Below are positions 1 to 12,289 of a stretch of DNA of 64,000 nucleotides, piece after piece. The notes under the pieces are model-generated. The model did not search any database, was not told the origin of the DNA, and saw only the letters and a program-made list of their open reading frames with translations. This DNA is from Podarcis liolepis (taxonomy: Eukaryota), in the NCBI GenBank assembly GCA_965112155.1, contig OZ218098.1; one strand, written 5' to 3'. Position 1 is the stretch's first letter, and each line of letters opens with the position of its first letter. Made by a program: the position numbers and the translations under genes.

Positions 1-1161
1 CTTGTAAAATAGTTTGTGGGGACCTGAGAAAGGTAATACAGTGCTTGGAAGTGACTGCCAAATACTAGAAAGAATTTACCCTCCAGGCATAGGATTTCAA
101 ATAAAAGCTTCCTTAGAACTTGATATTATTTTAGGAATTTAATGAATTATATTGGAGTAGTTGTCTTGCAGGCAGTGCACATTTACTCTCAGGTAAATGT
201 ACACATTATATTTACCTGAAAGTAAGACCTATGAAGGGTAATGGGACTGATTTCCTGGTACAGAGGGAGCCGAATTGGTGTTCTCCAGATGTTCCTGGAC
301 TACAGTTCCCATCACCCCTGAACTTTGGAGGGAGGCACTCTCCAACATCCAGAGAGCACCACTAAGTGAGTTTACGATTGCAGCCTTTTAAGTCTGGTTG
401 TGCATTTCTGTGCCCTCTTACATGGAACAAAGTGAGATTTTCTCTAAGTAAACATACATGTGGCTGTATTCACTTCCACAGGTTACAGCCGATTATTTCT
501 TCAGAAGTTACATTTTAGAGGTTCTAATCAGTGAGATCCTGTGCTAATAAAAAAATAGCTAAAGATTAAAATGAATTTGAGCAACATTGTAGGCAGGTAC
601 ACGTGCATATTTTACTTTCCTCCAGCTCTGATAAGTAGAAACAATGGCATGTTACTCAACCAATGTCCAGTCTGGCTATGAATTGCTGCACTAGCATGAG
701 ATGTCAGTTTGGTACAGCAATTGCGGTACCTAATAATAGCTCAGAGCACTTTCTGTTACATAGATGCAAGTAAAGATCTGCCTCCTACAACCCCCTTCAG
801 TTCCTCCTTCAAATCTTAATACATGGCTAGTGTCTGAAGGCTGATGACCTTCAGAATTTTAAGGACAGTTTGTATCTCCAGAAAACCCACACCACATTCC
901 TCTTTCCCCGCCCATCTGATTCATTGCCCACTGAAGGTGAAAGGGATTTTTTCCACATCAGCACAACAATATAATCCGTCCCCTTATGTCAATAAACTAT
1001 ATTTTACACTGGTGGCTGTCACTTTAAAGGAAGGGAACGTTTTCACCCTTGTTCATGTGATCATCTCACCACCAGATTTTTTTGGGGGGGGGGCGGAATG
1101 GAGAGCTCTTTTTCAGGACGAGGGGGTCAACTTACAGGATTCTTGTTTTGACTCACCTTCA

Positions 1162-1586
1162 CATAGAATCACAGAGACCCTGGAAGAGACTAAATCATCC
1201 CTGACAGATGGCTATCCAACCTTTGCTTAAAAATCTCCAGCGAATGAGAGTCCACCACCTTGCAAGAGAGTTTGTTGCACTGTTAAATAGTTCTTACTGT
1301 CAGAAAGCTCTTCCTGATTTTAGTAGGAATCTCTGTTCTTGTAACTTGAATCCATTGGTTCCGGTCCTACCCTCCAGAGCTTGCTCCATTCCCCATGTGA
1401 CAGCCCTTTAGATATTTGAAGATGGCTATTGTATCTCCAGTTCTGGGCACCACAATTTAAGAAGCATATTGACAGGCTGGAACATGTGCAGAGGAGGGTG
1501 ACCAAGAAGATCTGGAAATCAAGCCTTATGAGGAATGGTTGAAGGAGTTGGGTATGTTTAGGTTGGAGAAGAGAAGACTGACAGGC
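1162..1586. mobile_element. CR1 LINE 3' fragment with an inverted 5' part (3' end on minus 1162-1437, upstream part on plus 1436-1586)
   Basis: The minus part parallels the CR1 3' end at 30378-30697 and has an attctatg-type tail. The plus part is recognisable CR1 ORF2 sequence (ccagttctgggcacc...gagaagagaagactg). Confidence 0.85.
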
Positions 1587-2955
1587 GCTCTTCACTTCTG
1601 TCTGTTACTGAACTTCTTCTTCTTCAAACCAGCCATGGCATCTAAGCCACAAGAAGGTGTACGGTATATAGGCAGACATCAAAACCCCGAGGTCCATCAA
1701 CCAGGTGCAAAATAGTTTTTCATGGTGTGGAGCCAACTCTTGCAGCCCATGAGCCATACTTTGGAATGACCTGCAGATACAACTACAAACTAATTTTGAA
1801 TGAGGCAGGCTTTTTGTTGTTGCCATTGTTGGACAATTTCAAGTCAGAACTCGATGACTATATGAATCTATAGATGTTTTAAGAGTTTGTAAAAGTTTAC
1901 ATTTCCTCTCTTTCAGATCTGACTTCTTTTCCTTCCCTATTTCTTGGATTTTTCAAGTTGATGTAAGTTAATGACATAAACCAGTGACTTAACAAACAAG
2001 CAAAATGGAGACAAAAAAATACTCTACAAACTCTGCTGAAGCTAAGAGCTTCCCTGTCTGTTTCCTCAGTTCAATAAAGCTGCAGCTTTGGGAGGAGCTG
2101 TTGCTTCAGCAACAAAGCAGCTCAAAATAGGAATTTAGGAGTCTTCACCCCACCTTGACTAACAGGCAGACCCTCATCTAGGCAGGTGCTTCTATGGGTT
2201 CTTTCCCTGACATCTAAGTAGCCTTATGTGCTACTAACTAGGTACTTTGGAAACAGCTCTGAAGCTTCTGCCTGACTTTCTGACTCCTCTGCTCTTGGAG
2301 AAATTGGAGACAGGGAGAAACAGAGACATAGAGAGACAGTGCTGACCAGTAACCCAGGCAACTGCTGTATGGACCTCTAGCTCTCAAGCAGGGATATTTG
2401 GAAACATTGGTTCTTTTTAGTCATTGGCAGCATGGTGATCTGCTGGAGGGTCCTGCTCCACTTCTCTGATGTTTAAGGTCTGGCCAGGGCTGAACACTGA
2501 CACTCCACTATGTACATGCACATGTGCATGTCATATGCGCACACGTCTTTGAAGACATATCTTTGCTCATCCAGTACTTCTTGAATCTGCTCCCAGAGCC
2601 AGAAGCTGCAAGAGACACAGAAGCAGCCACAGCCTGCATGAAGAAGCCCTGGCCTGTGAGAGGCAAAGAACTGGCTGCTCTGACAGCCATTTATGAACCG
2701 CAGTTGTTTCCTCTGAGATCTGTTGTGACTCAGAGATTCAGAAGCAGAGTAGCAATGAAAATAACTAAGGCCTGGGTAGAAACTTGTAAGTACTTCCAAC
2801 CATTCTTTGTAGCTCTTGTCTGTTTTATTATATTTTCCGTATATTGTAAGCCACTTCAAGTAGGCAGGAGAGAAATTCTCATGAAATGCATGTGCACACC
2901 GCAAAACTCAACATGGAGAATGGGATTATCACCTTCTATGGTGCTGTGTTGATGA

Positions 2956-2957
<2 letters not shown>

Positions 2958-3027
<70 letters not shown>
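2958..3027 (+). repeat. (GAT)n(AAT)n compound microsatellite, probably the tail of the adjacent L2 fragment
   Basis: Directly visible. Confidence 0.95.
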
Positions 3028-3030
<3 letters not shown>

Positions 3031-3039
3031 GTAATAAAA

Positions 3040-3230
3040 GTAATTTTATTATTTATATATCACCCATCTGGCTGGGTTTCCCCAGCCAGTCTGTATGGCG
3101 TACAGAATATATCTAAGCATAACAAAACATCAAACATCATAAACTTCCCAATACAGGGCTGCCTTCAGATGTCTTCTAAAAGTTATATAGTTCTTTATCT
3201 CTTTGACATCTGAAAGGAGGGTGTTCCAAG
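3040..3230 (-). mobile_element. L2-clade LINE 3' fragment
   Basis: Similar to 41331-41630 (aaaacatcaaacat...ttctaaaagtt...gacatctga..ggaggg..ttcca) and to the tails at 10325 and 11695. Confidence 0.7.
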
Positions 3231-6200
3231 GGTAAGGTGGCTTGGAATCCAAGCCAAAATATGGTATAAGGGCCTTGCTGAAGTAATTTTATTTTACTAA
3301 TACAAATATTGAGATAGGAAGCAAAACGACCTTACACTGACATGCATTTAACACAGAGTAATACTGTAAAAGTCCATACTGTACTCAGTTCAATGGTGGC
3401 AAAGGGTTTACTTAGCCAATAGGGCACCCAAACTTCTATATCCAAGTCTAACCTGAAATCAAGTTTACATTGTTGAGAGAAATGACTCAAAGAAAGGACA
3501 TTATCGTGTGTCTCATGCAACTGCCATAGAGGAAATTCTAATTCTAATTTACTAAATGCAAATAGCATGTGTGGAAATACAATGAAAACAAAAATGATTT
3601 CAAAATGTCTTATTGTGTTCATTGCTGAACGTTCTACCTTCTGTTTCAGATAAGCTTTGCTGGATCTGGTGACTCACTTCTGCATAGATGTTATGCAAGC
3701 GTGCTTGCTATGGTAGAAAGTAAGTCCCATTAAACTCCCTGCAAGTAGCTTCCGAGTAAATAGGTTTAGAATCAATGCAATTAGCACTGGGTCCAAGTTT
3801 TTTTCAGAGACATCTCCCTAATGGTGCATCTTTGTCAGTCAAATCTAATCAGATATATATTTCAAAAAAAAAAAAAAGAAAGGAAGGAAGAGGGGGGAAA
3901 TTGCTACAGACTTTAATTTTAATTTGGGTTTGCAAACCCTCTAAACTTTCTCCCTTTTTTCTTCTGAACAGGCCGGGAGAGGATTAATATTTCTGTTTTT
4001 CTCCAGATGTGCTCACAATCAATAATATAATGCCTCAAACACACACACACATTACAGTATCTAAATGAAGTTACAGTTATCTGACCACAGTTAACCAAAG
4101 GCAGAGGCCCTGCCAGGCAAAGACTGTGGGCCCATTCTCTTCTGGGCAGATAAAGCACACAATGAGGTTTTGTCCAGCCCCACAAACCAATTCAGAATGG
4201 CAGATTCTCTTATATATATAAATATATTTTTCTCTCTTGCACAGCTGTGCAGTGACCAATTCTTCTCCAGGGAGGGGGTGAGAGAATGGGAGGGGGCTGA
4301 GGTTTGGGGAGAGTAATAGGACTATTCTTTCAGGATTGGAAAGCAAAAGCTCAGCAGCCTTTTCCAACCCCCCCCTCCCCGCCCCACCACCCCAACTCTT
4401 TCTGTTAAGACAATTGTTATCCTTTACCCTTTCCCTTCCTCTTCCCTCCCCATGCCCTTCATAGAGACACATTTCAGGCAGCCGGGAAGGAATCAAAACA
4501 TTTTTGTTGGTTTATTCCATTTACAAAACCGAATTCAGTACTACCATATCCAAATGTTTCCCCAAATCAAGAAATGGGGGGATGTAACAGCTGGTTTCTG
4601 TTCTCTTTATGAATCCGTGAAACGAAGTCTTTAATTCCCTTGAATGTAGGGGAAACGACACTCGCACTGCAACCCAGGGCCATAAAAATGTGAGACTGTC
4701 ATAAGGAGAAAAGAAAAAAGAAGCCTATCTGCATCCTATGGCTGTAGTTTCCCAAAGAATATTTAAGTAAGGAACTTTGCCCAAAAAAATTGAGTCTTTG
4801 CACCCAAACATCATGGCTGTACACATGTTTATTGATATTTTAAAAGTATTCTAAACATTCTTGGAGCAAGACTTCCTTTTGCAGAAACCATGCTCATCCC
4901 TGATCAGCAAGCCTTGCTCTTCTCTATATTTAGCATTCTAGCTTTAATTATTTCTGCTGGCACACTGACACAGCTAGAAGTTATTCAACAACCCCAGATA
5001 TTTTTCCTCCTTTCTCAAATCGTGTTTCATAAGGGGGCTCAGTTTACAAGTTGCAAGTTTTTTGGCTGCAGTGCTATGAATAGTTATTTATGAATAAGCC
5101 CCTCTTATTGTTCTTTTTAAAGCATGCACTGTTAAGTCGAAAGTACAATTATATGTGCATAAGCCCCATTGAACTTAATGGGATGTTAGTCTTAGGATTG
5201 TACTGCATCCTGCCCCCATGACTTCTTAAGTCTTCCTTTAGTTCTGAAACTTCTTTTTGTGTCACCTCTGATATAGTTCTTCAGATACATTCATAAGAAC
5301 GGAAGCTTTCTTATGCATATTTATTGTACAAAGCTGTATAATGTGATAAGTGGAGTTACAGGGTTGTATCCAACAGTGCCGTTCTACTCATGCAACCATC
5401 TTCCGCTGGCGCATGGAACTCTTTTGTGTTTATTTGAATCTAAATCAGACTATTAGTCTAAACCAAGAATTGTCTGTTCTTTTGACTGCTCTGGTTTTGC
5501 AGGATGTCAGGTGATGGTCTCCCCCAGCCTTGCTACCTGAAATGCTTTTTTTGTTTCTCTGTTATATAGCAGAGAGTGAGCTTGGGATCTTCTACATGCA
5601 AGGTGGAGTGGTGGCCCCTCCCCATAAAACACTAAGGGCCAAATAACATGTGACATTTTCAATGTGGTTGACCCTGGAGTGCAACATTAGTCTTCAGCCA
5701 AAGCTCCCAGAGCTGCTGTGCTCCGATGGAGAACAGCAGCTGTAGGGACCAACTCTGACCAGGATTATAATAGCATGGGGAACCAAGGGCAAAGCTCCCT
5801 CCGCCCCAGTGCCATGACCTCGATTCTGCTCAGGGCTCCCCGTGGCAGCAGCTTGTAAAAGAAAAATCTTGCACACCAGGGGTATCCACGTGACACATAT
5901 TTTGCAGTTATCTGGATCTTGCATCTCAAGACAGAGGAGTTCCTTGAAGTTTTATACAGGGCTTTCCTCTGCTTGGACAATAAACCAGTAAACAGATGTA
6001 AAGAATAAGTCTCTCAATATAAAGCATGAGTTATGGCTCTGATTAGAAACGGTCAATGATAACAACATTTTGGCTGCGAAAGAGACACTGGCCATAATCC
6101 AGCAGAGACAGGCGCCCTTATGCTCCACCAATTTCAGTTTTGTCTGATGTGTGACAGTAATAGAACCACATAGCTGATGCAGGAGGAGTGTGGGCGTTTG

Positions 6201-6309
6201 GGACACAGAAGAGCCTCTCTCCCACCCCCACCCTGGTCCTTTACTGAGCCTTGAGATGTCAGATATGATTGCCACAATAAGCTGCTTTGGGGCTTCTTTG
6301 TATGAAGTA

Positions 6310-6774
6310 CCGTATTTTTCGCCCCATAGGACGCACCGGCCCATAGGACGCACCTAGTTTTTTTTGGGGGGGGGAATAAAGAAAAAAAATATATTCCCCC
6401 CCCCAGGTGCGGGGCTGGGGCGGGGGAAGCCCCCAGAACAGGCTGCTATCCGCAAGCCGTGGGAGAGCTTCGCGCGGCTCTCCCACGGCTAGCGGAGTGG
6501 AGCGCTGCGCGAAGCCTGAAGCTTGGGGCGTGCTGAGCTCAGCACCCTAAGCTTCTGGGTGCAGGCAAGCTCTCCGCTAGCCGTGGGAGTGCTGCGTCTC
6601 CCACGGCTAGCGGATAGCTTCCTGAAGCCTGGAGAGCGAGAGGGGTCGGTGCGCACCGACCCCCCTCGCTCTCCAGGCTTCAGCAAAAGCCTGCATTCGC
6701 CCCATAGGACGCACACACATTTCCCCTTCATTTTTGGAGGGGAAAGAGTGCGTCCTATAGGGTGGAAAATACGG
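6310..6774 (+). mobile_element. Non-autonomous Tc1/mariner-superfamily element (CCGTA-type TIR, TA TSD)
   Basis: TIR ccgtatttttcgccccataggacgcac / gtgcgtcctatagggtggaaaatacgg, flanked by TA on both sides. Relatives at 51165 and 56760. Confidence 0.88.
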
Positions 6775-9058
6775 TAATGTTAATGCAGCATTCTTCTTAT
6801 TATCAGATAATACATATGAGAGAAGATGCAGTTTGTCATCATTTGATGCAGCAGGTAGCCTTAATGCCCTAAAACTACTAAGTTGTTCACTCCTAGGTCA
6901 TTGACATTTTATTGGGTTTATTGGCTGTCGTTGCAACAACATTTATGTAATTTGCAGCCAAGATTGCTCTCTTCCTGATGAATGGTGCCAACATTTATGG
7001 ATGTGTGGGTGAGAGAGAACCACCTGCTATTCTCCTGAGGCTGATTGACCCACCCATATCATATGAGTCCCTGTAGTAACTACTGAGTAGCTGGTGAAAT
7101 CTGCCTTGTGCCAAAGGCAACACTTCTGTTTATAGGACTGGTGCCAAGGTTTACAGAGAAATGCAACAATATGCTTTTCTACCAGTAGGGCTCCTAAATA
7201 TGCATATTTAAAGTTCAACTATTCTTCTCTGAACTTCGATGATATGAAATTAGGTACAGTGGTCTAGCACATCCAATTATTTCCATTCTTTGGGAGTCTT
7301 TCCTTTTCCCGCCAAAAGAAGGAGTGATCATTTGAGGATCTTAATTAAAGTCAGTGGGAAGTCAGCTTACCTTTAACAGTCAGGCAGCATTGCAGCCTGG
7401 GGACACCAAACTAAGGAGGATTGCAGCCTGCCTGCAGATCAGCCAATTGCAGGCAAGCATATGCAGCAATTCCCCAGGGGGGCGGGCCCAACTGGCTAAC
7501 GGGCATCACTTGGGCCCACTCCGGGGGGGGGGGGTAAATTGAGGCCTGCCCAGGCCTCCTTCCCAGTTTGTCGTCACACACCTTGGTGCCCACTTTGTCT
7601 TTGAAATTATGTGTTAGCATGAGGGACTGAGGAACAACTAGATTTTATATTTTAAGAAATAAAGGAGCAGCTGTCCTGCATTCTGCAACCTGCCTTGCAT
7701 GTGGTGAGGGTCCTCCAGTTATATCTGTGCCACTTCTCCCTCAGCCCATCTTAAATACTGTTGAAAACTCCAGGCTTTAGGTAATACCATAATTCCCACA
7801 TTCCCCACCCCTTTGTTGCTGCCCCTGTTTTGTTTTAATGTCAAGCCTAAGGAACAGTCCCAGGAGCTCAAGAGCTGGCTCACAACTTGGGGACATTTTG
7901 ATTGGCTTTTGAAAAAGATATTACCATATTAGTGCTTGTGGGTTTTTCCCTAATGGATCATTGTGGCTACCTACATTTTTTTGTCTGCTTTCTACAGTAA
8001 CAGGCAACTTTATAGTAATTATCTACCTAAATTTTATCCCACATATCATTCAGAAAGGACAATGTGTCATCTCTACAGATCTCTTGTCACTATGTCCATT
8101 TTAACACCTATTTTCTGTAGGCTGTGATAGTAACTCAGCCTGATATCAGCATCTGCATTCTCACTGCAAAATTCTGGGAACATCCTGTGGTTTTTACATG
8201 ATAAATCTCCCACTGAGTCTTCAGTTAACTGCAAAAAGCTGCTCCTATAATTGTGAGGCACTGGACATTACATACATCAAATGCAAATTTGACCAGTGTG
8301 ATTCCAGCTCTAGAATTCCATGAATCTATTATTCTTTGTACCAGCAAAGCTGCCTAACACATGTGAAAAGGTGCAGTTTTCAGAATTAGGTGTATTTTGT
8401 TTATGACAAATGTTTTTGCATCATTTCACAAGCTGGTGTTCAGCAGCAGAATACTTGCAAGTAATTTGTAGCCAGAAAACCAGATAACTGCAAGTCGTCC
8501 CCCCCCCCCCCCCGTTCTTATATTTTGGTCTCTCTCACAATTGGCCTAGCCTCTCACACAGACATCATTGGAAGAAGAGCTCTTGGGCATTTAAGAAAAG
8601 TTAGCCTCACAGCTGAAAAGTCCAGTTTCTACTTGAGATTCACTACATATACCTATTTAGTTCTGTGTATTGCTAAGAAAAAACCACCATGGCGATGTAC
8701 AGGAATTTGGCCAGGAAATAGCTAAGGCAAGAGAAAGCTTTCAGTAAACAATGTTCATGCATCTGGTTCATTGCAACTGAATGTTGCTTTTGCAAGTGGC
8801 ACCAAGGCCAATATTTGAATGCTTACTGTTCCTTAGCTAATCACCAGCACCTCATTGGTCAGAAGTGAAATACATTTTAAAAACTGCTTGCTTTTGTTCT
8901 CAGTGCTGCACTGACAACATTCAGAAGTGACAAACTGAAGGATCGTACTATTAATGGTACCATTAATATACCTAGCCTCTGAGCTCTAGGAAATCGCATG
9001 GGCGGAAGCACAATGCGATGTGATCATGCGGAGAACAGCAGCAGCAGAAGAAGGAAAG

Positions 9059-9074
9059 AGCGCCACCTGCTTGC
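9059..9074 (-). promoter_or_regulatory. Candidate CTCF-binding site
   Basis: Minus strand gcaagcaggtggcgct, one mismatch from the core CCASYAGRKGGCRS, in a locally CpG-retaining patch. Confidence 0.55.
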
Positions 9075-9888
9075 AAGAAGAGATATGATCAGTATTTGTC
9101 ACATTTGCAGTCCGTGGCATGGAGTATCACATACTAAAGTTTTTGAACATCTGCATTATTTATCTCCAAATAGTGAAACTGCCATGGGCAAAGTAACCCT
9201 GAGGGTTGCAGCACTTAGCCTCATTTCCAGTCATAGTGCCGCTCCCCATGTTCAGAGGTGGTACGCCTCTGATTACTAGTGGCTGCTAGCAAGTAACCAG
9301 GGGAAACTGTTTTTTTAAATGCCTTGTTCCAGGCTTTTCAGAGGCATCTAGCTGCCCACAATTGGAGACAGGATGCTGGACCAGAGAGACCTTTAGCATC
9401 TGTCCAGCAGTTCTCTTCTGATGTTCTGATGTCCCATATAATAAAACAGCAATGTGCAAATGAATCTATAGAATGCGAGTATGGCATATACCACTGAGAG
9501 TTTTGTCATTCTTTTCTATCATTCTACTCATTATATTCAGATATCAGACACAGCAGGGGGTTGCTTTGAATTCTTGCTAAACATTTGAGATATTTTGTTA
9601 GGGTTTTTCTGTTCTTTGCAAGCCCTCTGCCCTGCCACATGAGCATTGTTTTCCTACTGGTTTTAATAATTTGATTTTAATGGGGTATTATTACTATTAC
9701 TATTATTGTAGTTGGTTGTTTTTTACACGCAGCCACTGTGCCAGCTTAGGATCATTCAGTGAAGGTTGGGCTTATAAATCCAACAAGTAAATAAATATTG
9801 CTTGTGCAGAGAGTGTGTGGCTGCAAAGGGCCTGCAGAGTTCTTAATGGCACAGGGAACCTGCACAGGTAGAAAAGGCTCCCCACTTT

Positions 9889-10829
9889 TTATTTATTTTA
9901 TTTTTATAAAAGATTTCTTAGTTTACAAAAATATGTACATTGTCTCTTTTTCAAGTTGTGTTTTCTACTGTTCAGTTTCATTTGCTGTAAGACATTAGTG
10001 TTGCATGCAGTATTAGGCTGGGAAGAAAAGAGGTGGAGGGGGTGGAGTGGGGTGATATTGCTTCTTCTACTTAAGTGTATGTGTGGGGTTTTGTGTCAGT
10101 GTCACTTGTATGGGTTCTCTTACTATTCGCTTGTTATATTTCCTTGGTGGTGAGAGAGGTTGGGGTTGGCCTAGGGTGTGGTTGGTTGTCTTTGATTGGC
10201 AGTAGTGAGATTTGTTTATGTGTGTGAGGGGGTGGATTTTTGGATCAGGTTAGCCGGATTGATTTGTATGCTGTCGGCAGATTCTTGTGATTGTCTTTTG
10301 GGCTGTGTATGTGATAAAGGCAGCCCTTTTTTAATGTATTTTTAATCTCCTGTTGGAAGCCACTCAGAGTGGCTGGGAAGACCCAGCCAGATGGGTGGGG
10401 TATAAGTAATAAAGTTTTATTATTATTATTATTACTACTACTACTACTATTAAGAGGAGCCATACCGGGGTGAAGGCATCTTCTTCTATTTGTCCCCATG
10501 TCAGTTTCAGTTTATTGGTTAGTTTTTCTAGTAAGGCTGTTTTTCATACTATTTGATACCATTGGTCCATGTTTACTCCTGACAGTTCTCTCCAGTATCT
10601 GACTATGACGCTTCTGGCTGCTGAGAATAAGTGGGTTATGAGCTCTTTATAATGTAAGTGGGCATTGTTATCTTGGAAGATATTCAGTAGGGGCAGTTCT
10701 AAGGTGATTTCTAATACCACATACCACATGTGGAGGTATGTGCCTGTGGAGGTGCACCCTCTCCGGCATTTTGGTGAGGCGTATCAATGCTAGTTTCTGT
10801 GGTGTTAGGTACCATCTATAAGTGAAGAT
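9889..10829 (-). mobile_element. 5'-truncated L1-clade LINE (ORF2 C-terminal remnant, A-rich tail) with 10-bp TSD tccccacttt
   Basis: Minus translation YRWYLTPQKL..C..C..GTYLHMW..AAR..I.RYW. TSD at 9879-9888 and 10830-10839. Confidence 0.85.
10325..10450 (+). mobile_element. L2-type 3' tail fragment with (TAT/TAC)n tail, nested in the L1
   Basis: ctgttggaagccactcagagtggctggg...gatgggtggggtat, near-identical to 11695-11812. Confidence 0.75.
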
Positions 10830-11014
10830 TCCCCACTTTAGAGGTTCTCTGGCAACAAGTGACAGGCCAGGACGGGTTGTGCAACTGTGAGATAAATGCT
10901 AAATGGTGAGCCCCTTTGCATCCATGTCACCTTTTTGCAAGAGTAGTATGAAGCATGTGAAGAGGGCTATAAACTGACCCCCTGCTCCAAACTAGGGGAG
11001 TATGTAAAATGTAA

Positions 11015-11270
11015 TGTTACGTTACACAATTCGCAGCTAGAACTCAAGACGAGAAGGCAGAAAATGAGGCAGAATGGCTGGCACAGCAGTATCTTCAACT
11101 GCAAACCACGCCCCCTCCAAGCCGCCCGGTTGGGCACTTACCTGTGGGCGCGGTGCGCCAGCCAGGTGAGTGGGGCAGGGGGCGTAACGCCCCCTGCATG
11201 ACGCAGTAATTGCCTCCCGCCCACAACACCTCCCCTCTTGGAGGAGGAGAGGCTTTACGTTACACAATTC
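11015..11270. mobile_element. GC-rich, hairpin-rich insertion (LTR-like or unclassified) bounded by a 16-bp direct repeat
   Basis: ttacgttacacaattc at 11017-11032 and 11255-11270. Termini TGTTACG...CGTTACA. Confidence 0.55.
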
Positions 11271-11694
11271 CAGTTGTTTTGCTGATTTTGTATCGTTCTT
11301 AATATATTTGTTATATTTTGTGTTTTTGATACATGGTGGCTTTTTAGCCACTGTGAAAGTCTTAGTATTGGTCAGAGTAGTGGGATAGCATTTTTTAAAA
11401 TCAAGTCAAGCAAGAATTTGGAGGAAGCATATCCTTTGGAGCCTTTGGGAGAAATCCTGGGCCCTGAAGGATTCCTGCTTGCCCTCATTCATTTGCTTGC
11501 TGAGCCAGAGTGGTTTGGAGTGGCTCAAGTGCATAGCTGCTCCAATGCTTTCCTCCCTTGTCTTAAAGACCAGACAGCAGAGTGTGCAGCTTAGTGGGAG
11601 GGAAATCCTGATCGAAATGGACCACTGTTGAAGCCGAGAGCCCCCTTAATTCCTCCTCAGAGGTTTCCCTCCACCGCTTCAGGAACTTGGAAGG

Positions 11695-11766
11695 GATTTA
11701 TCGTGATTTTAATATTCTGTTGGGAGACACCCAGAGTGGCTGGGGAGGCCCAGCTAGATGGGTGGG

Positions 11767-11806
<40 letters not shown>

Positions 11807-11812
11807 TACTAC
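11695..11812 (+). mobile_element. L2-type 3' tail fragment with (TAT)n microsatellite
   Basis: Homologous to 10325-10450. TAT repeat from 11768. Confidence 0.75.
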
Positions 11813-12289
11813 TGGTATTCTGCTAGAGGACTGAATGGCTTGGAAAATCAGATGAGAAAGGTCTCCCTTTCCACTTTGTTGTTGATCAATATGTTTAGAA
11901 GTTGCTGTGGGTGGGGGGAGCTTTTGACTTCCCGTCTGAAAAGCAGTTCCCTTGTTTTGCATCGGAAGCTGCTTTTTACACCTTCCTAAACAGCATTAGA
12001 GGAACTGCAGTTAAAAAGGATGTTCAAAGTCCTCCTGGAAACACACCTAGTTTCAGCAGCCTCCCAAGTGCCCAAGCCTATGCAACTCCCATGCTGGTAC
12101 TGTGGGGCTCTGTCAAGCCCCAGGCTTATTGGGGAGCTCCAGGCAAGGAAACAGGCCCAGAGACAACTGGTAGAAATGGTGCAAGTCTTATGAAGGTGAC
12201 CAAGCACATAATCGTGCCTTCCATGGTGGTTCAGTGAGCTTTTCATAGTGGTATCAGGGTTGCTTTGCCTACTCTGTTTAGGCCAGCCT

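Noticed and set aside
2473-2952. Overlapping 142-143 aa ORFs on both strands
   Set aside because: No recognisable protein family or exon boundaries. Consistent with chance ORFs.
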